A stretch of 64,000 nt of DNA from Eledone cirrhosa (Eukaryota), in contig OZ024742.1 in assembly GCA_964016885.1 (NCBI GenBank), positions 171,926,001 through 171,990,000 on the forward strand. The letters run 5' to 3'. Below the pieces are notes generated by a model. It searched no databases. It saw only the letters and a list, made by a program, of their open reading frames with translations, and was not told the origin of the DNA. Positions 42,035-57,326 of the stretch are shown here, one piece after another. A program made the translations under genes and the position numbers. Within the stretch, counting starts at the first letter, position 1; every line of letters starts with the position of its first letter.

Positions 42035-44250
42035 CGATTGGCAGTATCGGTAGAGGGTCGGTCGCCAGGCTTTGTAGCATAGAGGTACGGCCATTTACGG
42101 TCTAATTTTAAATCCCGCCGAGGTTAACTTTGCCTTTCATTCTTACGTGGTCGATAAAATAAAGTACCAGTAATGCACTGGTATAATTGCTGGCCTTGTG
42201 CCAAAATTAGAAACAATTATTCTGCATATAGGGCGGTGTATTGGCAGTATCGGTAGAGGGTCAGACGCCAGGCTTTGTAGCATAGAGATTCGGCCCTTTA
42301 CGATCTGATTTCAAATGCCACCGAGTTATTTTACTAACAGGATAAAAATAAATAAACTGTACGCAGCCCTGCAGAGCTTCCTTTGTTATAGTTTAGATTG
42401 TTTCTGTTTTCATCATCCACATTCGGGTTATTTCTATCTCTATATCTTTATATTTAGATAATTTCTTCATTTCCTGGATAGGTGTATTGTCGTTTGTTGT
42501 AGTTGATACATCAATTAAAATATATTTTCCTGTATGTTTTGTTTACATTAATATATTATTATCCTTGGTGATAAGGTTGTGGATTGGCAGTATCGGTAGA
42601 GGGTCGGACGCCATGCTTTCCAGCATAGTTACGATCCTTTACGATCTGAGTTCAAATCCCGCCGAGGTTGACTTTGCCTTTCATCCTTACGGGGTCGATA
42701 AAATAAAGTACCAGTAATGCACTGGGTAATTGCTGGCCTTGTGCCTAAAGTAGAATCAATTAATATATTATTATCATTATTATTATGATTGCGATTGTTT
42801 CAGGAAGTTTGGGTGAGGGCTGCAAGTTTGACTATGCCGAATGGACAATAATCTGGCTATGGTTTTCTCAGATAGGAAGAAATGGAACCAGCATAAGTCA
42901 CTTTCAATTCCTTTGCTTACACGCAGTAATCCGGGACTTTGTAGGTGTTCGCCTCGAATCAAACTAGATGGTCTTCCACATATTGGGCTTTTTTCTTGGA
43001 AATGTGTTACATGTATATTTTTTGTTGATTTTGACCGTTTTTACTTGAAGTAAACGAGACACCTATTGTAATTCGTGCTAGCATTGTACCTAAAGAGTTA
43101 CGCTCTTTAAGTCAATAACAGGAATCCTTAATAAAATTGTCTGAACAATACACACTTTAATTTGTAATAATTGTTTCTACATTTGGCACAAGGCCAGCAA
43201 TTATCCCAGTGTATTACTGGTGCTTTATTTTATCGACCCAGTAAGGATGAAAGGCAAAGTTAACTTTAATTTGTAATAATAATATAAAACAATATGAAGA
43301 ATATAATTACTATATGTAAAAGAAAAAGCACGGGGGCTGTATATGATCGTCTAAATCTGTTTGAATCGTTTGAATCGCTGCAGTCTACTGACTAAGTGGA
43401 AAACAAGGAGTCATCATTTCCAATATTCTAGATGTAACAAAGTAATCAGAGGATATATGCGGGGTTTTCTTGGATTTAAGAGATGATTCGATTCTACTGG
43501 GGAACTTTTCCTAGTTGAATGTATAACAATTTTGTACTGTCATTATCATTTATTGGAATTACTTTTATATCTACTGTTTTCCTTTTTGTGGATTTCCACT
43601 TCGTTTTAGTGGAGGTAAACCCCGTGCTGCGCTATTTCTCCTTGCGTTGTCCCCAGTGTATTGGGCCCTTCAGACCACTATAAGAAATATTTATTATTAA
43701 TGTGAATAGTATTACTATTATTATTAGTAGTAGGACGAGGGCGGTGGATTGGCAGTATCGTTAGAGGACCGGACGCCATTCTTTGACGCATAGAGTTACG
43801 GTCCTTTATGATCTGAGTTCAAATCCCGCCGAGGTTAAATTTGCCTTTCATCCTTACGGGGTCGATAAAATAAAGTACCAGTCACGCACTGGGGTCGATT
43901 TAATCGGCTTCCCCCTCCGCCAAAATTGCTGGCCTTGTGCCTATATAAGAAACAATTATTACCCAAGTTTAGCCTTTCATCCTTACGGGATCGGTAAAAT
44001 AAAGTACTAGTGTTACAGTGAGGTCCATCTGGTCTACTTCCTCCACCCCCACAAAAACAACTGCTGGCCTTGTGCCTAAATCAGAAACCATTATTATTAT
44101 TTTTGTTTTTTTAAAGTTCAAGTCTTGCCAAGCTCAACTTCAATTTTCATCCAGGGTTAATCAAATAAATTACGAATCCTGTACTGGGTGCAATATAATT
44201 GACTTTCCTTTTCCCACAAATTGCTGGCCTTGTACCAAGATTATGATTTA
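42035..44250. mobile_element. Cluster of ~7 TTTGCCTTTCATCC-family SINE copies or fragments
   Basis: Copies at ~42035, 42232, 42578, 43165(-), 43738 (most complete), 43965 and 44130; shared GAGTTCAAATCCCGCCGAGGTT.ACTTTGCCTTTCATCCTTACGGGGTCGATAAAATAAAGTACCAG. Confidence 0.85.
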
Positions 44251-45585
44251 GAAATCATCATCATTATTATTATCATTGCGGCTGTTGTTCTATGATCTTT
44301 TGACATTCAGATAATTACATTACGATCTTGTCTATCAATAGTAATGATAAATTCCTCGGTAGTTATAAAGATTTAGAAATTTCAGCTTTAAGTGTTATGA
44401 ACTATAATACTTATTATAAATGTGCCGTTTTTATGGATATTGCTTTATGGGAAGACATCTAACCAGCTATTGGAATAGTGAAAGGCAAGAGGAAAAGAAA
44501 TTGATTTGGTAAGATGAATCATCTTTAAATAAATTCACATGGCTGTGTGATGTTCACTTCGCAACAGTATGAATTTAGCTTCACTCCCGCTGTATGACAC
44601 CACCTTCAGCATTGTAAAGAACATTTTGTAGACGGAAACTTGGCGCAAGCATGTCATACATACAGACATACAAGCATACATATATATTTGAAGGAGGTTG
44701 CCAGATATCAGGCGGTTTCCACGTGTTTTCTCGCAAGCCCTATCAAAGAAACAAGAACCCTGCGAGAAACAAAGCTAAAACCGCAGGTTTCTTGGTCAGA
44801 ATTTTCCCTATCATCAGTAGAACAATCCCGCATCTCATTATGCACCGAGATATAAATTTTGTGATTGGTGATCATCTATGTCTTCGCATTGCAGGTACAG
44901 AAACACAAACACACTCACTCTCCCTCTCTATCATTCCAGAAATACATGTATATATATATATATATGCATGCATACATGTATTTTGTATGTTTGTATGTAT
45001 GTATGTATGTATGTATGTATGTATGTATGTATGTATGTATGTATGTATGTATGTATGTATGTATGTATGTATGGTTTCTTGGTGAGGAGGGTGACTTTGG
45101 ACATCCTGCAGGACTAAAAACAAAACCTGTCAAAGGGCAAAGGAGCTCTTAAGAGTCAATGACCATCCAAAATCACCGGGAGAGATGACCCTTAGCCTTT
45201 GTCAAGGCAGAATTCTAGGAGAAGGAAAACTCTGATATAACACCTGCAACTCTGATGGTATCCAATGATGTTGACTTGTTCTTCTTTTTGGTAAATATCA
45301 TCTTGGTTAAGAGAGTGGGACTGGCTTTGTGCAGTCCCTTTGCTCACTATAAAAGCTTCACAGCACAGGCATTGCTTTATATCTGGAGATCTCTTTGCAC
45401 TTGACATCACATGGTACCATGGGCCCTGCACTATGTATCAATAAATGTCACAAGTGTAGTGTTTGTACCAGAGTTTTCAAGTTGCTGGCTGGACTAAAAA
45501 GTCACACTCGTTCAGGGCATCGGTAGGGGTTCTTCTACATGGATATAAAGTAGTGGCCGTACTCGAAAACGAGTTGGCAGCCACC

Positions 45586-45617
<32 letters not shown>

Positions 45618-45655
45618 GTGCGCGCGCGCGCGTGTGTGTCTCTGTGTGTGTGTGT

Positions 45656-45724
<69 letters not shown>

Positions 45725-45879
45725 TTACGATATTTTACGGACTTAAACGCCTAGTTGTACATAAAAAACAGTGTTTAATTCAACATTTTCAGTCTCACAA
45801 GCCTTCCACGAATCTTTCTGTGTAATGTCCTTTTCCTATGTAGTATTTCTAAAAGTAAAAATAATAATAATAGTAATGA

Positions 45880-46080
45880 TTTCTAATTTAGTCACAGAGC
45901 CAGAAATTTGTGTTGAGGGGAATATTGATTACAGCGGCCCTAGTATTTTCTGGTATTTTATTTTATCATATCCTGAATGGTATCCGGCAAAGTTAAACTC
46001 GGTGGTATTTGAACTGAGAACGTAGAAAGTCGTAACTAAAGAACGTAAATCATTCTGTCCGATGTTCTACCGATATGGTC
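45880..46080 (-). mobile_element. Degenerate SINE (TTTGCCTTTCATCC family)
   Basis: GGCAAAGTTAAACTCGGTGGTATTTGAACTGAGAACGTA. Confidence 0.6.
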
Positions 46081-46089
46081 AGATTCGAA

Positions 46090-46380
46090 GCCACACTAAT
46101 GGCCAAGTGGCCCTTAGGAACTGTTCATCCTATACGCTCTATGTAGACCAATTTCGTTGACCATCCTCGCTACATTTATCCACCTTTTAACAAATGTCCT
46201 GTGGAGCAGTACTTTCCTCTCTGGTTTCAACTTTCTTTTTAATTGCAACATCAAAACATTGATGAGGGCTTGGCCGAAAGGGAAAGTGTGTCGTCAATGG
46301 CGTCAACCACACAACTTCTTTCGTTATAGCCACCATAGACAGAACAAATATCCTGACCTCTCCAGCCAAAAGTAGAAAGT
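46090..46380 (-). mobile_element. Decayed RTE-like LINE 3' end
   Basis: Across frameshifts the minus strand resembles RTE C-terminal motifs (LAG.Q...LS.V..RK.L.W..H..RH...VE). Confidence 0.4.
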
Positions 46381-47229
46381 GTGTGATCTACATGCTGGGG
46401 TCGGTCGTTAGGGCGTCGAACTAAATACTCTGCAGTGTGTTTCTTAGCACTTTACATGTTCAGTTGAAATTTCGTGTTTTCCACCAAAATACGCTGAACT
46501 TATGTAGAACCATATGTGATGATGATAATATAGAGAAAATTCTAATATCAGATTAGCATTTAAACAAATAAAAAGAAAAACATGTTAATCGTATGAAAGC
46601 TAAAAAAATAAACACTTAAAATATTGGTGTCAATTTTAGAAAAAATAGTGAGAATGCTCGAATATTGATACATAGAAATAATTGTCCGTTGACACAAGTG
46701 TGTGTGGGTGGGGGTGTTGGGTGCATCTGATTGTGAAGGTGTATATGTATTTATATATATGTGCAAAATATGAGGCTATGCACATATACACGTATGAGGT
46801 TACATAATCATTGCATATATCAGGGCATATATACACACATACGCACACTCTATGCATATTTATATATATGTATGCTTATATATTAAATAGAGGGAGAGAG
46901 GGTGAGAGAGAGAGCGAGGGGGTTATATGTATGCATTATGTATATGTACATTTGAATGGACCTTGCATATATATTTCATGTACGTATTTAGTACATTAGA
47001 TTCATATATAGATAACATATATGAATATATTTTCTTATTATTGAAATTAGTTACGTGGAGAATAATCAATAAAAGTATATATATTCTAATTTCGTAGACG
47101 TCATATGTGAAAACTTTTCTTTGCAAATTTTCAGTAAATGTGTGCGGGAAGATTGTGTATGTGTGTATGGATTGTGCGTTGCAGTTTCAATATTGAATTT
47201 TACGTCAAAATTTGTATGTATACAATTAT

Positions 47230-47230
47230 A

Positions 47231-47282
<52 letters not shown>

Positions 47283-47293
47283 GTAATAATAAA

Positions 47294-47357
<64 letters not shown>
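47230..47357. repeat. Compound (AAT)n(AGT)n microsatellite
   Basis: Direct reading. Confidence 0.95.
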
Positions 47358-47358
<1 letters not shown>

Positions 47359-47480
47359 AATAAGAAACGAAAAAAATCTGAGTGAGACAAAGACAGATGA
47401 TTGAAAGAAAACGACGGATGTTGCGTACAAAGTTCATGACTGTATTATCGATCAAATAGAGCCTCACACACACACACATA

Positions 47481-47517
<37 letters not shown>

Positions 47518-48610
47518 ACACACACACCCACACACACACACACACACACACACATACAATATATATATATATATATATATATATTTATTCCGATATATCG
47601 ATATATATATATATATATATCGATATATCGCGAAAGACATTGCGTTATTCCCCCGTCACAAATTTCATACAGTATTGATATTCAATATTTGAGTAATCAC
47701 ATAATGTTAAATCAAATTAGTTCATGTTTATTTGGCTCAAAGGCGCTAAAAGACCCTAAAAGCAACCACATCTATATAAGCGGAAGTATACGTTTTAACG
47801 GATTAACGTATGAAGGCTAGAGACATAATTGATGCGAAACTGTTCGTTGAGCGCCCAATTTGTATCCATTAAAACTTCATTTATTGTAATGCAATAGCTT
47901 CGGCAAACAGTTATCAGAAGATTTGAGGTAGGTGTAAAAGCCAATCTCACTATCTTCAATTCGTGCCTAACCTTACCTATTGTCGTGGATCTTGTGAATA
48001 CTAGTGATAAAAATGGGTTTCCTCCGAAGGGTATTTGGGGCAACATTACTCGATAGAGTGCGTAGCTCAGATATCAGTGAGTTTCTACTAATTCATATCG
48101 TGGGATCACTGCTCTGATACCAGGGACAGTGTATAGAATGCCTAAGAAATTGTACATGCAAAGCCAACAAGTAGGAGATCCAACAGATTGGTCACATCCA
48201 AGATGACTGGAATGCATGGCACAACACGGTTAGTCTCGCTTGGTAGCCATCCTGATCATTTGGAGACGGTTGTTACTGATGGCATGACGTTGTAAAGCGC
48301 GTTTGAAGATGCTGCTAACTAGAGCGTCTCAGGAATAAAGGAGCCAAGATGTATGAGAAAAAACTGGAAGGAAAAGAAATTCGAAAAAGAATTTGACGAA
48401 AATCTTTTACTCATATATAGGTAATTTTTCTTTAAAACAAGCCACTGCGGTGGTTTTTCTGTTACAGTTAAGTGGAATTCAGCAATGCAACATGAAATAT
48501 GTTGCTCAAGGTCACTATGTGCCTTTATATATATTTATTTATGATATATCTATCTACGCACATATATAATACACGCACACACACACGCACACACACACAC
48601 ACACACGCAC

Positions 48611-48703
<93 letters not shown>

Positions 48704-48909
48704 GATATACAAACAACAGAAACGACCAATTAACACAAAATACGGACCTTAAGTATTTACATGAACAGCTTGAGTTTCCCTGAAATACAATTGATTCTTT
48801 GACGAAAATATAATTATCAAGTCGATTCTGAAAAGAAAATGGATGGACCTGATGATTTAGAAGTGGTTCTCTCTTGAAACCGTTGGAAGACAGCGGGGTA
48901 TGTGAAAAT

Positions 48910-49598
48910 GCGGTAGTCCTAATGGAGACGTAATATTATACAACACTAGTGATCTACCTTTTAGAAGACAAAGCGTATTACGAAAAGGCTGAACACTACA
49001 TTCAACAGAAAATAATGAGAAACCTAAAAAACTGTGATAAAATTTGAGAGAGAAGGACAAAGCGACAAGGAATACAAATATAACACTGATTTCGAAAGTA
49101 AATCAAGTATTTTTACGGTATTCCTAAGATACATAAAAGTGAAAAAATAAGTAGGCCATTCAAGGAAGCCACAGATGTATTCATCAATGTCCCCTCACCT
49201 CTATGATCTCAAATTGAGACCTATAATAGCAGGCCCTTCTTTTGAAACCCACCGCCTCAGCAAATTCCTTGAACCCTACCAAAACCATTCCTTAACACAC
49301 ATTAAAAGCTACATAAAGGACGACCTTGATATTTTCAACCACGTCCACTAAACACTTAATAATGAACGAGCCCTACTAGTGACTTTTGATGTCATCAACC
49401 TATATTCCAATATCCCCACAACCTACGAACAGAAGCAATCCAATTCTGGTTAGAAAATTACCCCCAATGAACTCCCGCACCGCATCATAAAAGAATCTGT
49501 AATAAATAGAAGGGCTCAAATTTATCTTTGAGAGTAACTACTTCGTATTCAATGACAAATTTTACAGACAAAAATCTTGGACTGCGATGGGCACGAAA
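48910..49598 (+). pseudogene. Penelope-like reverse transcriptase relic (Neptune-like by inference)
   Basis: Ordered motifs across stops and frameshifts: AVVLME (48910), FYGIPKIHKS (49111), LRPIIAGPSFETHRLSKFL (49214), HIKSYIKDDLD, FDVINLYSNIP (49385), NYFVFNDKFYRQKSWTAMGTK (to 49598). Confidence 0.9.
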
Positions 49599-50544
49599 TA
49601 ATCACTACTTCAGGTCAATTTTAGGTCAGTCTACCATTAAGGTCAGTCCCACGGACAGCTTCTATTACTACTACTACTAATAATAATATTACTATCACAT
49701 CTCCCCATCGTCTCCTTCTGCTTCTGCTTCTCCTTCTCCTCATACATATTTTCCCTCCTCCTTTAGTATAGCCATATTATTACTACCATACGTTCTTCTT
49801 CTGCTGCTGCAATTGTACTCAACAACCAGTGAGACAAAAACAAGGAACAAACCAACTTCTATTCCAGCTACTACTACCACCAAAACACCAAGGAGGAGGA
49901 GGACGAGAGAGTGAAAGTGAGAGGGGGGGGGGATAAACGAAAATTTGAACTCTTTATATTTATTTGTAAAATAAAACCCTCTTCTAATTAATCATATTTC
50001 CTGTAGCATGAAGCAGCTGAAACTACTCTCGGGTGAAACCGGTACGATAAATTACTTTAAAAAAATGTTTTAATGTTATTCTATTCTAAAATCCCATTAG
50101 CATTTTCTACTTTTTTCATATTTTCCTAACATACATAAATATATATATGGGTGTATGTAATTCCAAACACAAACACTGATCCCGATAATTCATTATGTTT
50201 GGGACACATTGTAGTCAGGAAGATTTCACGCTTATCACATTTATCAATAACGTAAATAAGTAGCTCATGAACTGTATATTTGATATTTGGTTATGAATTA
50301 GGTTAGCCTCATTCCACTAAACTTTACTTACTGTTATATTTAAAATATTGGCCTTGACTGATTTGATTAGAACACAATAATTATAGACATGGCTGTGTGG
50401 TTAAGGAGTTTACTTCTCAACCAAAAGAGTTATCTTTGGCATGTGTCAAATTGCGTAATCACTAAGTGAAACTTTATAGATGGAAACTGTGCAGAGGCTC
50501 GTAATGATATAAATGTATAAATATATATACAGGCATATACATAC

Positions 50545-50670
<126 letters not shown>

Positions 50671-50704
50671 GTGTGTGTGTGTGTGTGCGTGTGTGTGTGT
50701 GTTT

Positions 50705-50895
50705 ATTTGTGCGGCATTGGCAATGTCAATATAGCATCAGACATCTTGCATTGCAGCATGGAGTTATAGCCTTTTATGTTCTGAGTCCAAATCCCACCGA
50801 GGTTAACTTTGCCTTTCATCCTTACGGGATCGATAAAATAAAGAACCAGTAATGCACTGGGTTATTGCTGGCCTTGTGCCCGAAGGAGAAACAAG
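50705..50895 (+). mobile_element. SINE (TTTGCCTTTCATCC family)
   Basis: Colinear with 42578-42760. Confidence 0.85.
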
Positions 50896-51699
50896 TATTT
50901 GTTTATATCCCTTAACTTTACGATTCGACAAAATAAATATTACACCAGAAAGTGAGGAAGGCGATTTGATCAATTAGGCCACTCTAATATGTTGCTCCAG
51001 CATGTCAGCATATCTAATGACTTCAAGTAAAAGGACAAAATATTAGATGGCTCGCCTCGTCTTATAATGTTTATAGCTATAATTGAAGCCCTTCCATTTT
51101 ACTAACGTTGTTAATCCTTGAATAAGCGTGTTTGTCGCTACATTTGCAGTTACTTGACTCCTCTAAACCTTTGCGCATGCCTAGATAAAATAAATAGTAT
51201 TCGAGTGAATAAACTTCACTATTTATCTAGTCATTGCTCAACCTGCTAAAACAAGAGAAATAACAACTACTTATTTTTTCAAAACACACCTCCACCGTTT
51301 TAATAAATGGAAAGTATATACAACAAAATGATCTTCATTTCGCTTTTAAAAAATAAACAAAGAAAAAAAAAACACAACACAGTGTCCACAGGTGAAATTT
51401 CTTGTTTACATATCTATCAGAAAAAGAAGAAGTAGAAGAAAGAAAAGAAGAAGAGAGGAAGAAGTAGAATGAAAAATGCAATCATGACAGTAGGTATGAT
51501 TTTACAGAGAGAAAGACAGCTGTATTGAAGTAAGTATAACACATTTGCAAAAAAAAAAATCAAATCAAAATAAAATAAAGACACTGAGCCTAGCGGCAGG
51601 TCGCACCAAGTAAACAATGTTTCCTTTGATCTTTCTATTGCGGCAACAAGGACAGCGAAGAAAACGACGTCGATGGCGATGACAAAAAAGACAATGACG

Positions 51700-52085
51700 A
51701 CAATAACGGCAGCGACAGCCTTGGCGAGATCGACGACGAAAAAGCAACATCAACGACGACAACAACAACGACGACAACAACAACGACGACAACAACAACA
51801 ACGACGACAATAACGGCAACAGCAACGACAACGACAACAGCAACGACAACGACAACAGCAACGACAACAACAACGAAGACAACAACAACAACGACGACAA
51901 CAACAACGATGACAACACCGACAGTGATGACAACAACAACGACAACAATAACAACAAAAACAATGAAGACAACAACAACAACGACAACAACAACGACAGC
52001 GAAGACAACAACAACAACGACAAATACAACGGCAGCAACAACGAAGACAACAACAAAAACACCAACAACGACAGCGACCACAACA
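51700..52085. repeat. Degenerate (CAA/CGA)n trinucleotide tract
   Basis: Explains the poly-Val/Leu/Thr ORFs. Confidence 0.9.
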
Positions 52086-52308
52086 AAAATAATTGCTTCT
52101 ACTTTTGGCACAAGGCCATCAATTATCCCAGAGCATTACTGGTACTTTATTTTTATCGACCCCCGTAAGGATGGAAGGCAAATTTAACCTCGGCGGGATT
52201 TGAACTCAGCCGAGGTTAACTTTGCCTTTCCTCCTTACGGGTTCGATAAAATAAAGTACCAGTAATGCTCTGGGATATTTGATGGCCTTGGATCACAACA
52301 AAAATAAT
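52079..52308. mobile_element. Fold-back SINE dimer bounded by a 15-bp direct repeat
   Basis: ~52110-52193 is inverted at ~52210-52290; CACAACAAAAATAAT occurs at 52079-52093 and 52294-52308. Confidence 0.8.
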
Positions 52309-52801
52309 GATCTCGAACCAATTTCGAACCGACAGACATATTCATAGCCTGCAATGTCTGGTGTTTATTGAGTTGATAAAAAAGCGGCAAGCATTGTACT
52401 ATGTCTGCAAACACCTCTGTGGCTGTAATGTTCCTAATGTATAAAAGCCACGTTACACGCATGGTTTGCAGATGTTTCCAAAATAAATCCTATATTATAT
52501 AAATCCGCCTCTAACAAGGTCCGCATCGATCTGGTAACCATGGTGAAGGATGTAAATTGGATGTACTGTTTTCGAGGATAAAATCTTATGGGAAATAAAA
52601 ATGGTGATTTCAATGATATAATTAAGTTAATTTCTCATTGGGCTCATTGCTATTGATTTTTGCAAGAGTTCAGACATCATATTTAGAGTTGATTTCAATT
52701 CAGCCATAGTCTCCAAATCTACCACCACAGCATTTGATACAAAACATACACTGCTATATATTCATGTATTGGTATCTTTACACACTCTCACTTTCTCTAC
52801 G

Positions 52802-52920
<119 letters not shown>

Positions 52921-54339
52921 TGTGTGTGAGTGTGTGTGTGTGTGTGTGTGCGTGTGTGCGTGTGTGCGTGTGTGTATTCTAACATCTACAGATATACAAT
53001 TAGATGCATATATATTTATATGAGCGCATTTATGGTTATGGATACTTACGCAAATATACATATTGAAGTGGATGTATATATATATATATATATATACATA
53101 TATAATGTTTTACAGATGATATGAAAATCGTATGACTATGAATACTTTTAGATAAACAAGAAACATTACTGAAATAATGAAATGTCGATGATATATCGAG
53201 GCACATGTGTAGATGTATGTGTCCATGGAGTTTTCTAGTGAAACACTAAAAACATATATTCACTCAAGTACAGTCATACGCGCGCGTGTGTATGTTTACG
53301 TATATATGGACCTTCAAGTTTCTCTTCTTGAGTTTGGTGTTGTGGCCTGCTCTGCTTACGTTAACTTCCTCCATTACCTCGTAAGTTGCAGATATCTCCT
53401 AGCTTTTCTTTCAAAGCGACTGTTTTTATTTATGCAAGAAGATATTGATAATCCAATACGTATTATCTATTATTCTGCTCTCCAATGATATCATTAATAA
53501 CTTTTACCTGAGTGCAGAGCCAGTTTAAAATTGCCCTGTTGCTCTGGCTGAAAATTTAACCGAGACACTTTCTTAAAATTAAGGTATTATTTATGGTAGC
53601 AAAACAATGTAGGTTCATTTAAATATGGTTGGGGATACAAACCAGTTAGCTCCACCGTTAATTCGCAACATCCAGAGATTGGTGTATTTTCCACAATCTC
53701 TCTTAACAATGGCTAGAAGCAGAATCAATTTTTACTGTGTGTCTTTTAAATACGCTGTATTTCAATTGGTTATTGAATAATTTGGATGAATTTATTATGT
53801 ATTTAATTATTTCATTATTAAGATGTTAATTGCAGCATTACTTAACGAATGTATAATTATGAGGAAAAGAAGTAATTTAGATTGAAATCCTTTTACAATG
53901 GGTTGTTTTGTTTCATGGTAGCAGAGGTGGCCGTGAGCGAGTTAACATCAAAACGATTAATGATAGTTGATATATAAAGAGAAACATATTGTTATACTGT
54001 GCTATTCAAATGGTTTTAAGTTGCGCTTTTTCTACATTTTTTTCTCGCCGATCATTTACTATGTACCGATGTCAGCCATGACGGCTGTTCGTTTGCAGTT
54101 GTGTTACTTTCATATACAACAGATTTCACCTAAGTTGCCATGCCGTCAGAGAACCGACTGACATCGCAGTTAGGGGACTATACTTTAAAACCTATATGTA
54201 ATATTTATTTGACAGCCATTTTGAAGGTGAACAATGGTCGGATAATACCTTTTACTGAAACTATATAGAAGTGAAATAGTAGAATACGTATAGATGCTTT
54301 CGAAAATTCTTTCATGTTTTAATTTTTTCGATTATTATA

Positions 54340-54590
54340 CTGCAGCCATATTGTATCAGGGGCTTAAATTGACTTAGTTAAACAAATCAATCTCAGTACA
54401 TATTGATTTAAGTTTGGTATTTATTTCATCGACCTCATTTGGTCGAACCCTTATGTTTCGGACCGTCTGTCTACCAAATTTCAGTGAAACGTCATTGGTT
54501 AACTCCAGGCTATAGTAGAAGTCAATAAGTTGCCACGCAGTGGGATTGAACCTGAAGCTAACTTGTTATCCACACAATAATGCCTGTGCC
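54340..54590 (-). mobile_element. Degenerate SINE
   Basis: TGCCACGCAGTGGGATTGAACC (B-box region on the minus strand); related heads at ~44537 and ~50388. Confidence 0.5.
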
Positions 54591-55180
54591 CATGTATGCG
54601 TGCATTTTGTGCAAGGCACTGACAGAGGTAGTGTATACATACATGAATTAATCGTAGAAAGATGGAACATGTAAGGATATAGAGCGATAATATAAAGTGA
54701 AAGAAGAAAGATACGTTTGAGTAGAAAGAGGAATATATTGGGATGGGATCAAGATGGAGTATTTCAGTGAGAGCGAGATAAAACGAGAATAGAAATCAAA
54801 ATGAGGAAATAATTGTTCAGAATTCTAGCAGATGTAGTTGTTTTCATACTTTTCATTGAACACTGACATTTTCCGATCAATCCAACAAATCGAATGACAG
54901 ACCAAGGCTGAGTGAAACAATATTTCTACATTTAACTCTAATGGAAGCGAATAAAATATTGAGTTTATGCATGCACTCTGGGAAGAGTAGATAACGAGTT
55001 ATCTACCAAAAAGGAATCGATTATATTCAAAGCTACATTTGCAAACATATCACAGATTCACATACACACTCACTCACAACGTTGAAAAGCTATTTCCTAC
55101 ATAAACATACACAGAAATACGCATACACATACATGCATATGGGTAAAATTCTGTGGTATATATATATATGTATGTGTGTG

Positions 55181-55229
<49 letters not shown>

Positions 55230-55826
55230 TGTTAACGTGTATACGTTCAAATTTTTACCCTTCCCTTTCTAGAATTTATTTTTATAAATCACAGAACAGA
55301 TATGTCATGATAATTTGTGTGTGTGTGAGAATGAGATATACATTTAAACAAACTAATATTTCTGCACCTTTCATTTTGACCATTTACATATTCCTCTGTT
55401 AATTGTTACTGAAGTTTTGTTCATAAAAAAACAACGTCGACATTGTATGTTGGCCAAATATTACCCACGCATAAAATCATGAATACAGACACACATATAT
55501 GTATATTTATACGCACACACACACACATATACACATACACACACATACACACACACCCACATATATATATATATATGATGTGATATATACATAATATAAA
55601 AATAATATATATATATACATAAGATGTATGTAATATATAATACGTATTTATATGTGTTTGTGTGCGTGTGTAAATACGTATTTAAATCTGCAAAATATAT
55701 GTATCTTTCCCTACTCTCTCATATATTACCCCTTTCCAATAAAATATTTAAATCAACCAACATTTAACTATTTTAATACTCTAACGTTCCTTTGCAAAGC
55801 CTCCAAAATGGCAGAGAGAGGTGTGG

Positions 55827-55945
<119 letters not shown>

Positions 55946-56228
55946 AGAGAGAGTGTGAGAGAGAGAAAAATAACTTTACACGCGCACCGAACACATAGAT
56001 ACAGATCTGCCGACGTATATATATATATATATATACAAACACAGGGATATATATATATATATATCCTCTTTCTCTCTCCCCTTCTCTCTCCTCCCTCTTA
56101 CTTTCATTCACCCCCTCTGCTAGTCACCCTCTCTCGGCTAGCCTCTTCTTCACACTTTCACTCACTCACTCTCTGCTACTCACCCTCTCTCTCTCTCTCC
56201 CTTCCTCCATCGTCCCACACAGTGCGAA

Positions 56229-56264
<36 letters not shown>

Positions 56265-56265
56265 G

Positions 56266-56313
<48 letters not shown>

Positions 56314-56317
56314 TATC

Positions 56318-56360
<43 letters not shown>

Positions 56361-57208
56361 ATATATATAAATATCTATATATATATATATATATATATCT
56401 ATATATCTATATATATATATATATATCTATATATATATACACACATATATGAATATATACATATATATACACACATATATGAATATATATATATATATAC
56501 CTCTATGTATGTGGGTGTGATAGTATCATTTCGTTATCTTCTGTACAATATACGACGTGTATTTCACTCTTTACCTATATAATCACATTACCTCTTGTAT
56601 GTATTATTTAAACAGTAAACATACAAATATACAAACATTCTATATTCATATATACTTACATTCTCCCCCTCTTTGACATAAACCGCTCCCCCTACATTAT
56701 CTCCCCTTTTATTCTCTACTTTACAAAAGCAATGTATAGAACACTCATAATATAGGGACGGTTGAGCGGGTTGGTGTATGACAGAAAGCAAAATAGATAC
56801 AGAAGTCTGGTTGTACTGCTCGATGGCTGGGGTAACAGAATTTCCATCTATTGTTTGCCAGCAATTGTATGTTCGGAGGTGGTGGCGAGTGTTGCAAATC
56901 GAAAAAACAACAAAACATTAGGTCTTTCTTATTTCAATGTCTCATCACGTATTGGAAACGGCATTTTCTCACGTTTTAGATAACTACAAAATAGTCATTC
57001 TTATTTACCATTGCTATCAACATTATTATTTTTATTATTGTTTTTCTTACTGTCGTTGTTATATTTGCTGTTCTCGTTCCATATATTATTTTTAATTATT
57101 ATTATTATTACTTCTACTTTTATTATGATCACTCTAAATTGAATTCCACATGGACAGTAACTGAAAACGTCCATTGATTTATTTCCATCACATGTATGTG
57201 TTTGTGTG

Positions 57209-57326
<118 letters not shown>

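Noticed and set aside
45070-45580. GC-richer block resembling a decayed retroelement ORF
   Set aside because: No motif could be read with confidence.
53300-53560. Possible minus-strand exons or LINE fragment
   Set aside because: Short, weak splice signals and no recognisable peptide.
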